From Felis catus (lineage: Eukaryota), in the NCBI RefSeq assembly GCF_018350175.1, contig NC_058382.1, positions 50,594,001 through 50,658,000 of the forward strand: a DNA stretch of 64,000 bases. The letters run 5' to 3'. Shown here piece after piece: positions 53,112 to 64,000 of the stretch. Numbering within the stretch: the first letter of the stretch is position 1; every line of letters starts with the position of its first letter. The notes below the pieces were generated by a model. That model made no database searches and was not told the DNA's origin. It saw only the letters and a program-made list of their open reading frames with translations. A program made the translations under genes and the position numbers.

Positions 53112-55735
53112 TTTAAATTACTTGTAATCTTAACATTCTACTAAGCTAAGTTTCCTAAATGAGCTCTTTTTTACTTTGTGTATGGAATTCAATCCTTAGT
53201 ACATCTTCCTCTTCTATGTAAATAACTGTCTGGACCCCAGTATCCATTGCATTTTTTTTTTAATTTGGGAAGAATAAAAGGTGGAATTCCTGAAAGAATA
53301 TTTCCAAGTTTTGAGTACCCTCTCCTGAATTTAATTGAAAAGATACGAATTATTAATTACTGAAATTTTTTAAATTATTAGTTAATTACATAGAATCACA
53401 CATCATGACTTGTTTTTGTTGGGATGATAAAAGTGGTCCTATCCTCCCGATTGCAGGTGATTGCATTCCAGTCTGCCCCTGGATGCAGCTTAAGGATTTT
53501 TGAACCACCTTAGCCAGGAACTCTGTCTTCAAAAGACTTGCAGCTTCCTGCTGGCGCCCGCCTGCTGGGCTCTGCTTTGCTGGGCTTCCTGCTCTTTCCC
53601 CTCCTTTTTCGGAGGCAGTCCACGTTCTCCTGGGTGCTTCTTAGCAAGTCTGGAAAGAGCTGAGATATCATACGCCATAAACATGATTTGATCATGGAAA
53701 TATTGGCCTTTGCTTTCTTTACCATTGTTTTGAATTAGCAGCAGTTTCCTAATCCAATAAAATGGTGTCTTTTTTTTCTTTTCTTTTTTATTTTTTTAAC
53801 CTATTGTGAATCTGTACAATAAGGTTTGCTAACTGGGCTAAATAGGCATGATGATGTATGTGAGAATGTTTAAGCTACCTAAGGTAATACATTGTTTTCA
53901 TTACTATAAAAACATTCATTGTAAAGATAGCAGCAATTCAGAAATTGGTTTTTTTTGTTTGTTTCAGCCAGGTTCCTGAAACCTTCTGCAGGATGCTTTA
54001 TTGGGTTAGGTGTGATATAGAAATGAAAGAACTGAAATATTATGTCTTATAGTAATATTATCTCATGTAGACCTTTAAGGAATTCTGAGTGTTCTTTTTA
54101 ATCTGACCGAATGAAGAAGATTCGGTAATGTTCCACAACTTAAAGTTACAGCTTTAATTTTCATATACATCACATTTCAACAGAAAGGCATTTAATTCCT
54201 TTTAAAAATAGGTCAGGTAAGAGCTTTTAAGAACACAAATGTATTGTTATCCCTGATTTGATATTTCGCATTTCCTTGCAGTTTTTCCTAGAGATCAAAA
54301 TGTCTAAGCATAGAAATAGCTGTAAAATGGAAATAAGACTAGGCTTGGCCAACTCAGATAATATACAGTTTCATTTGGCTGTAGAAAAAAAAAAAGCCCT
54401 CAAAGTATATTCTCAGCGGAATAAATGCAGCTCTAAAATTGTTCACAGATGAGCTGAGAATTGACTTTTGAATCAGGTCCATAAGAAAAACAGAAAACGT
54501 AAACTGGATACAGCCACCGCTTGTTTGGTCCAGGATTTATAGAAAATAAATTAAAATCTAAGGAACGGAGAGAAGCTGAGGCAAGTCTGCGATTTTTAAC
54601 TCTAGCTATCTGTTCCCTGCTAACATAATGAACCATTGTTTTGAAATTACTGTTTTCTGACTTCAGTGGATCAATACGTCTTCCAGGAAGGTAATTTAGA
54701 TAGAATTTTAACCAATGTTGTGAGTGCGTATGGAGGCAGGTGTATATTTATATTCCGTGTGTCGAGAACTTGCTGGTGGCAGCAGCAAATACATAGTTCA
54801 TTTCTCGGGTGGTGCTTCTCATCAGCCACACAGAGACACTTGGATTTCGCTCTTGCCACTTCGATCACTGCATTTATACTTTATTTCCCATGCTGTCTGC
54901 TGTATAAGGCCCACAATATTTTCTCAAAAGGAAAGTTGTAGGTATAACTGCTCCCTCCCCCCCCAAAAAAGAATGGGAAAGTAAAGATGAGAAGTGGCAT
55001 GTGGACAGAAATTATAATTCAATTAATAGTCCACATAATTGTTTTCACATCCCTTAATTTATACCCCCAACCTTTTGCACATTTTCTCCTTATATTGAGC
55101 ATTTTTAAACTTTTCGAGAGCCCTTTCCTACTGTTGATCACTTCACTGTTACAGGCAAAGTAAAAGATAATTTTGAATGGAAAGAGCATTTTTGTGAGAA
55201 GATCAGGAAAGTAAGTAGTGTCTTGATCTTTAATTAGGTGAGAATATTTTGAATGCCAGTCTCAGTTTAGAAAATCACAAGGCCCATTAATGAAAACAGT
55301 TAGTTGAAGGCGTAACTCTGTGAAGTGTGTGTGTTAGAAGTGTCAGAACAAAAACCGCTTTGAGCTTCTTTAGAGTTTTGTTATTCAAAGGAATGTAGGT
55401 GTTTCAGTTTTCAAGTTATAAAAAAATTAAGTCTATTAGTGAATATTTGGCAGATTTTTATCACATCACTTTGGCAGAGGGTGGTATTTGGGGTGAGGCT
55501 ATTTTTCTTACATAAAATATAGCATTCAGACCATTTCTGTAGTGATCATTCCTCTCCTATGTTGGAAGGAATCCAGGATCACAATCCTTGTAAAATCTCC
55601 ATTCTTCTGCCCATGTCCTGTAGAGTAAGTATATAGTTAATAGAAAAAAGAAAAGCAGGTTTGTATAAATTAGCAATATTTTTAGTAGCAGAAATACTAA
55701 AAATTGAAAATGTAATTATGCCATTCATTTCATGA

Positions 55736-55966
<231 letters not shown>

Positions 55967-56619
55967 TAGAGGCCTGTGGAATTCTATTTAGTAGTAAATC
56001 CTTTAACTAATTGTTAAAGTACTGTGTTTCTACTTTATCAGCTGAATGTCTTCATTGTGTCCTTTTGAAAAAAATCTGATATTGTTAGCCTTTTTGCAAG
56101 AAAATAATTTAATATTTAACACGATAATTTGGGAATATAATTGGTATTCTCTAGAACCAATTTAAGAAGGGTTTTAAATTCAGATAATTAAAATTTTTTA
56201 AAAACTAAATTCTCAGTCAGTTACAAAGTTAATTAGATCCCCAGCCTTATAATTTTGGTATACGCTTAGATCACCATTAGTCTCTTAATATCACATGTAT
56301 ATTACATGCTTTTAAAATTATAGAAACTTTGAATTATTGTAAAAATTATCTTTACATAAAAGGCCAGAGCCTATTTAGTTTTCTTATTCTGGCCAAATAG
56401 CTTTACTCTTTTCTCAATATGAGAAATTAACTCTGAGGATGAATTTTTTAAGATCGGAGTTTTTTTCCCAAATGTGTTTGACTGTCTTATTCCCCCTCTG
56501 TCTTTTACTGACGTCGTTGGTTCCTTCCATAAGATTTGAGCCCTTATCTTTATATTTCCTGACTGCTATGCTATGGCGCTGTTCCTGAAGAGGACTCCGC
56601 TTTCCCCCGTGTGGACTAA

Positions 56620-56895
<276 letters not shown>

Positions 56896-56964
56896 TGATG
56901 TCAGCGCAGTTGTGGGCCAAAATGAAATAATACCAACTATGAAAATGGTGGTAACAGCCACAAC

Positions 56965-57170
56965 AAACCACTGTTTCCTGAGAACCTACGTCCCAGGCTG
57001 TGCCAGGTGTTTTATGCCTTCCTGGTACCCAAACCTGTGAAATGAGTTAACCCCATTTTACAGATGAGGTGACTGAGCTACCAGGGATCTAAATGCCTTG
57101 CCTTCAGGAATCTACCTAGTAAGTGAGATTTAAATTTGTATTTGATTAATGCCTAAATCTGGATTCTTAC
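56965..57170 (-). mobile_element. MIR
   Basis: cccaggctgtgccaggtgttttat..ccccattttacagatgagg..actgag. Confidence 0.7.
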
Positions 57171-59732
57171 TATTACAGATTATGTAATCTGTTTGCTTTG
57201 TTTATTTGTTTTTACATTAGTGCTTTTAGTGTTATGTTGGAGGTGTTTATCTCTGTTCCCAGAGGATTTAAGGAACTCTCCCTGTAATTCCAGCTGATGC
57301 CAACCAGGGACCCTCGTCAAAAAACAGGCCAGTAGAAGAAAAAAGGAAAAGCAGGAACAAAGTGTATAAACCACCAGTTCTGCTGGTGTCTCTCATTTTG
57401 CCTATTTTTTGGATGCCTTCTGATCACCTACCTCATACTTATATCCAACTGTTCCTTTATTGCCCTAAATACATTCACTTGGTATCTATACACTTGATGG
57501 TGGAATCCTTCTGGAAGTGTTTATTTTTAATCTTGCTAATTACTTTACAGAACTCATCGACCATGAGTGCAAGGAGTTATTTCTTACTTGATCACTTTCC
57601 AGATATTTTAATGCAAAAAAGGGCACGGCAATGCTATAAAAGCAGGATAGGTTATAAATGATGAGAAACTTTTTTTCAAGCATTTTTAACAGTTGTGTTT
57701 TAGAATAAAATTCAACATACCTATTACATCGTTCATTGCTTAATAATCTTGTTTATTACTCTCACTGCAAAAGATAAGCCTATTTGTGACTTACTTGATT
57801 AAGACATATTTGGGATTTCTAATGAATTTATATACTCCTTACTTCTATCATTTATTCTTTCACTCAATAAATATTTAATGAACAGATTCTATGAATAGGG
57901 CACTGTAATAGACAATCTAATCATGATCTTGTGGCCACTCGACTGATTTAAGGGTATGGAAATAATGAGGAATACTTGAAATACCTAACTTTTAGTAACA
58001 TGCTGGAAACTCAGGAAATTGACACAGATATTTCCTGAATTACAAAACCTGAGAGATCGCTGCAACCAAAGGTATGGCAATTTAAAATCTGTCAGTATCT
58101 TGGAAATAGCCTTACTATTCTTGGAAATTGAGAAGGCTGAAACAGTCCTCGAATTTTACAGTGAGGTCTGCTGCAGTTCGCCTGAACGTGACCTTTTATC
58201 CTTTGTGCGAATTTTAACTTCATAGAAATGAAGTCACTATGTATTGTGTCTGATAGGAATCCGGGCCTTAATTTGATTTCAGGTAGCTGTAGTGGCTGGA
58301 AGCACTATTATTATATCAGAAGACTGTGTTGGAACAGACTTGAGTCTTCTGCCATCAATCATGTGTTATAATTTTAATAAATATACCTAAGAGATTTCAT
58401 CTTTATGGAGGCAATTGGTTAGGCTTTTGACATCCCCATATGTGTTCAAATCCAAAGGCTGCCCTATGTGAAAGTTTTATAAACTAAAATCCTCGCTGTG
58501 TTGAAGTCAAGTCATAGAAAATTAAAAAGGCAGAAAGATCTCTGAAAAATGTATCTACTCTTAATAAAAATCTGTTTATACAATTCCCTTCTTTTTACTC
58601 ATAGGTTAACTGAGAAAATTGACATGGTTAATGTGATGATATTGAAAGAAGAACTCGTTTTATTTTATTTTATTTTATTTTATTTTATTTTATTTTATTT
58701 TATTTTATTTTACTTTCTTCCAAGATTTTACTTAAATTCATGTTAACTGTTAACATATAGTGTAATATTGGTTTCAGGAGTAGAATTCAGTCATCCATCA
58801 CTTACATACAACACCCAGTGTTCAACACAACAAGTGCCCTTCTTAATGCCCATCACCCATACAGCCCGTCTCCCACCCATTTCCTTCCATCAGCCCTCAG
58901 TTTGCTCTCTATAGTTAAGTCTCTTAACTCCCTCACTGTTTGGTCTGATTTTTTCTTCCCTTCCCCTATGTTCATCTGTTTTGTTTCTTAATTCCACATA
59001 TGAGTGAAATCATACGGTATTTGTCTTTTCTCTGCCTGACTTATTTCGCTTAGCCTAATACACTTTAGCTCCATCCACGTTTTTGCAAATGGTAAGATTT
59101 CATTCTTTTTGGTGGCTGAGTATTATTCCATTGTATATATATATACACCACATCTTCTTTATCCTTTCACCAGTCAATGGACATTTGGGCTCTTTCCATA
59201 ATTTGGCTATTGCTGATAGTGCTGCTGTGAACATTGGGGTGCGTGTGCCCCCTTTGAATTGGTATTTTTGTATCCTTTGGGTAAAATACCTAGTAGTGCA
59301 ATTGCTGGGTCTGAGGGTAGTTCTATTTTCAACTTTTTGAGAAGCCACACTGTTTTCCGGAGTGGCTACACCAGTCCCACCAATAGTGTAAGAGGATGTC
59401 CCTTTTTCCACATCCTCATCAACATCAGTTGTTTCCTGAGTTGTTCATTTTAGCCATTCTGACAGGTGTGAGGTCATATCTCATTGTGGTTTTGATTGTA
59501 TTTCCCCAATGATGAGTGATATTGAGCATTTTTTCTTTCATGTGTCTGTTAGCCATCTGGATGTCTTCTTTGGAGAAATGTCTGTTCATACCTTCTTCCC
59601 ATTTTTCCACTGGATTATTTATTTTTTGGGTGTTGAGTTTCATAAGTTCTTTATAGATTTTGGATACTAGCCATGTTACCCATTATGTCATTTGCAAATA
59701 CTTTCTCCCATTGCCTAGGTTGTATTTTAGTT

Positions 59733-59961
59733 GTTTTTTTTTTTTTAATTTTTTTCAACGTTTTTTATTTATTTTTGGGACAGAGAGAGACAGAGCATGA
59801 ATGGGGGAGGGGCAGAGACAGAGGGAGACACAGAATCGGAAACAGGCTCCAGGCTCTGAGCCATCAGCCCAGAGCCTGACGCGGGGCTTGAACCCACGGA
59901 CCGCGAGATCATGACCTGGCTGAAGTCAGACGCTTAACCGACTGCGCCACCCAGGCACCCC
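59733..59961 (-). mobile_element. Young felid Can-SINE inside L1
   Basis: TSD ggttgtattttagtt. Confidence 0.95.
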
Positions 59962-60013
59962 GGTTGTATTTTAGTTTTGTTGATTGTTTTCTTCACTGTG
60001 CAGAAGTTTGTGT

Positions 60014-60239
60014 TTTTTTTTTTTAATTTTTATTTTCAACGTTTATTTATTTTTGGGACAGAGAGAGACAGAGCATGAACAGGGGAGGGGCAGAGAGAGA
60101 GGGAGACACAGAATCGGAAACAGGCTCCAGGCTCCGAGCCATCAGCCCAGAGCCTGACGCGGGGCTCGAACTCACAGACCGCGAGATCGTGACCTGGCTG
60201 AAGTCGGACGCTTAACCGACTGCGCCACCCAGGCACCCC
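60014..60239 (-). mobile_element. Young felid Can-SINE inside L1
   Basis: TSD gtgcagaagttt. Confidence 0.95.
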
Positions 60240-63200
60240 AAGTGCAGAAGTTTTTTATCTTGATGAGGTCCCGGTAGTTTATTTTGTTTCCTTTGCCTCT
60301 GGAGATGTGTCTAGTAAGCAGTTGCTCCAGCCAGAGTCAAAGAGGTTACTGCCTGTGTTCTCCTCCAGGATTTTGTTGGTTTCCTATCTTACATGTAGGT
60401 CTTTCATCCATTTTGAATTTGTTTTTGTGTATGGTGTAAGAAAGCGGTCCAGGTTCATTCTTATGTATGCTGCCGTCCATTTTCCCAGCACCATTTGTTG
60501 AAGCAGTTGTCTTTTTTTCCATTGGATATACTTTCCTGCTTTGTCAAAGATGAGTTGAGCATAAAGTTATGGGTCCAATTCTGGATTCTCCATTCTGTTC
60601 CACTGATCTATGTGTCTCTTTTTGTGCCAGTACTTTCTGTTTTGATGATCACAGCTTTGTAATACAGCTTGAAGTCTGGCATTGTGATACCTCCTACTTT
60701 GCTTTTCTTTTTGAACATTACTTTGGCTATTTGGGGTCTTTTATGGTTCAAATACAAATTTTAGGATATTTGTTCTAGGTCTGTGAAAAATGCTGGTGTT
60801 ATTTTGATAGGGATTGCGTTGAATGTGTAGATTGCTTTGTGTGGTGTAGACATTTTAACAATATCTACTCTTCGAATCAAAGGCATGGAATTTTTTTCCA
60901 TTTCTTTGTTTCTTCTTCAGTTTTTTCATAAATGTTCTTTGGTTTTCAGAGCACAAATCTTTTGCCTGTTTGGTTGGGTTTATTCACAGGTATCTTATGG
61001 TTTTTGGTGCAATTGTAAATGGGATAGATTCCTTGATTTCTCTTTTCTGCCGCTTCACTGTTGGTGTATCAAAATGCAACCAATTTCTATACATTGATTT
61101 CATACCCTGCAACTTTGCTGAATTCGTGTGTCAGCTCTAGCACTTTTTTGGTGGAGTCTTTCAGGTTTTCCATGTAGAGTGAAATCTGTGAAGAGTGAAA
61201 GTTTGACTTTATCCTTACCAATTTGGATGCCTTTTATTTCTTTTTGTTGTCTGATGGCTGAGGCTAGGACTTCCAGTGCTATGTGGAATAAAAGTGGTGA
61301 GAGTGGACATCCGTGTTGTATTCCTGACTTTAGGGGAAATGCTCTCAGTTTTTCCCGATTAAGTATGATATTAGCTGTGGGTCTTTTATATATGGCCTTT
61401 ATGATGTTGAGATTTCCTTCTGTCTCTACTTCATTGAGGGTTTTTATCAAGAAAGGATGTTGTATTTTGTCAAATGCCTTTTCTGCATCTATTGAGAAGA
61501 TCATATGGTTCTTTTCTGTTCTTTTATTAATGTGGTGTATCACATTGATTGATTTGAATATGGAACCACTCCTGCAGGCCAAGAATGACTCCCACTTGAA
61601 TGTGGTGAATAATTCTCTTAATGTACTGTCGGATTTGATTTGCTAGTATCTTGTTGAGAATTTTTGCATCCATGTTCATCAGGGATGTTGGTTTGTAGTT
61701 CTCCTTTTTAGTGGGATCTTTGCCTGGTTTTGGAATCAAGGCAATGCTGACCTCATAGAATGAATTTGGAAGTTTTCCTTCCATTTCTCTTTTTGGAACA
61801 GTTCAGAAGAATAGGTTTTAACTCTTTTTAAATGTTTGCTAGAATTCCTCTGGGAAGCCATCTGGCCCTGGACTTTTGAGAGTTGGAAGATTTTTGATTA
61901 CTGATCCTATTTATTTGCTGGTTATGGGCCTGTTCAAATTTTCTATTTCTTCCTGTTTCAGATTTGGTAGTTTATGTGTTTCTAGGAATTTATCCATTTC
62001 TTCCAGATTGCCCAGTTTGTTGGCATATAATTGCTTATGATATTCTCTTATAATTGTATTTCTGTGGTGTTGGTTGTGATCTCTCCTCTTTCATTCATGA
62101 TTTTATTTATTTGGGTCCTTTCTCTTTTCTTTTTGATAAGTCTGGCTAGGGGGTTTATCAATTTTGTTAATTCTTTCAAAAAACCATCTCCGAGTTTTAT
62201 TGTTTTTTTTTTTTTAATTTGTATATGCTTTATTTCTGGTGTAATCTTTATTATTTCTCTTCTTCTGCTGGCTTTGGGTTTTATTTGCTGTTCTTTTTCC
62301 AGCTCCTTTAGGTGTAAGGTTAGTTTGTATATTTGAGACTTTTCTTGCTTCCTGATTGAGGAAGCTATCTACTTCCCTCTTCTTCCCTACTTCTCGCTAT
62401 CTACTTCCCTCGTAAGACCACCTTTCCTGTATCCCAAAGGTTTTGGACTATTGTGTTTTCATTTTCATTTGCTTCCATGTATTTTTTCAATTTCTTCTCT
62501 AATTTCCTGGTTAACCCATTCATTCATTGACAGGATGTTCTTTATTTTCCATATATTTGTAATCTTTCCCGATTTTTTCTTGTGGTTGACTTCAAGTTTC
62601 AGTGTGGTCTGAAAATATGCAAAGAATGATCTCAGTCTTTTTGTACTGGTTGAAGCCTGATTTGTGACCCAGTGTGTGATCTCTTCTGGAAAATGTTCCA
62701 CGTGCATTCTAAATGTGTCTTCTGCTGCTCTGGGATGAAATCCTCTGAATATATCTGTTAAGTCCATCTGGTCTGGTGTGTCATTCAAAGCCATTGTTTC
62801 CCAGTTGATTTTGTGTCCATTGCTGTAAGTAGACTGTTGAAGTCTTCTACTATTACAGTATTGTTACCAATGAATTTCAGTAAGTGTGTTGTTTATTGAT
62901 TTATATATTTGGCTTCTCCCAAGTTGAATGCAAAAATAGTTACTATTGTTAGACCTTGTTGGATAGACCTTTTTATTTTATTAGGCGATAGTGCCCTTCT
63001 TCATCTCTTTTTACAGTCTTTGGTTAAAAATCCAGTTTGTCTGATTTTGGCTCCAGTATGGCTATGCCAGCTTACTTTTGATGTCCCTTAGCATGACAAA
63101 TGGTTCTCCACCTCCTCACTTTAAAACTGGAGGTGTCTTTGGGTCTAAAATGGGTCTCTTTCAACCAGCATATTTATGGGTCTTGGTTTTTTATCCATTC

Positions 63201-63507
63201 TGATGCCCTGTGTCTCTTGATTGGGGAGCATTTAAGGACCCATGTTTTAAAAAAGGCTTAGGGAGAGGCAGGTCACTGGCTGTCAGAGAGCACATCAGGG
63301 TTTTCTTTTATCTCTATTTCTACCACATGAGTAGACCACGCTCTTAGGAACAGGGCCCAACCTAGTCATTAAAAAATGACACTTACAAGACGGAATATTA
63401 ACTTATCAATTTATAACATTACTAATAAACACATCAAGATATTTTTTTAATTTCTAGATTAACATACTTCAATGGGAGTTAAATCATAATTTAAAAAGTT
63501 ACAATGT

Positions 63508-63725
63508 GGGGCACCTGGTGGCTCAGTCGGTTGAGCGTCCGACTTCAGCTCAGGTCATGGTCTCATGGTTCACGGGTTCGAGCCGCGCATCAGGCTCTGT
63601 GCTGACAGCTCAGAGCCTGGAGCCTGCTTTGGATTCTGTGTCTCCCTCTCTCTCTCTGCCCCTCCCCTGCTTGTGCTCAGTCTCTCTCTGTCTCTCAAAA
63701 ATAAATAATTGTTAAAAAAATTTTT
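63508..63725 (+). mobile_element. Can-SINE
   Basis: TSD aagttacaatg. Confidence 0.92.
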
Positions 63726-64000
63726 TTTAAGTTACAATGAATTAGTGCAAAGTGGGTGAAAAGCTAGTAAAAAATCAATAAAAATTAGAGCTAACTTAGT
63801 GTAGCGTTTACTGAGACCAAAAACTAGCTCTCTGCATTCTTATAGTATATTTCAGTGGAAGAGACAAGAGGCAGCCAATAAAAGAGTAAATAGTAAGATA
63901 ATATAGTTATTATTTATAACATATGTTGTTAATACACATATACACACATGCATGTATGCACACATATATCTATGTGTGTGTGTATATATGTATATACAGA

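Larger units (their letters stand above)
58657..63232 (-). mobile_element. Carnivore L1, ~4.5 kb, covering most of a degraded ORF2 and the 3' UTR with (TTTTA)n tail
   Basis: ORFs 61100..61582 ([45 protein letters not shown]), 61527..61784 ([18 protein letters not shown]) and 62465..62794 (endonuclease relic); many frameshifts. Confidence 0.95.

Noticed and set aside
61100..61784. Reverse-transcriptase ORFs suggesting an active or novel retroelement
   Set aside because: Ordinary degraded L1 ORF2 with frameshifts, SINE insertions and no ORF1 or 5' UTR

Overview
Eukaryotic (mammalian) genomic DNA, almost certainly from a felid: it carries many tRNA-derived Can-SINEs of the cat-type subfamily plus carnivore L1s. 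The whole window lies inside CNTNAP4 (contactin-associated protein-like 4, Caspr4) on the + strand. Nine consecutive coding exons (150, 172, 107, 120, 198, 157, 128, 171 and 219 nt; about exons 9-17 by family numbering) have GT-AG boundaries and splice into one stop-free frame: end of LamG2, EGF, fibrinogen-like, LamG3. Intron 9 holds a full-length, sense-oriented, disabled RPSA processed pseudogene. The rest is intronic DNA rich in SINE, L1, L2, MIR, MLT and MER elements. Most ORFs in the supplied track are repeat-derived or spurious. I found no clearly new biological system. The best leads are: (1) a stop codon plus AATAAA immediately after the weak exon-14 donor, a candidate secreted-isoform switch with a SINE inserted at the site; (2) a decayed ~1.1 kb foldback (inverted repeat) in intron 10; (3) a weak exon-13 acceptor with a competing upstream stop-containing acceptor and flanking inverted young SINEs; (4) an apparent SINE-associated deletion in an old L1. 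Repeat subfamily names and exon numbers are from memory of consensus sequences and need RepeatMasker or alignment confirmation.
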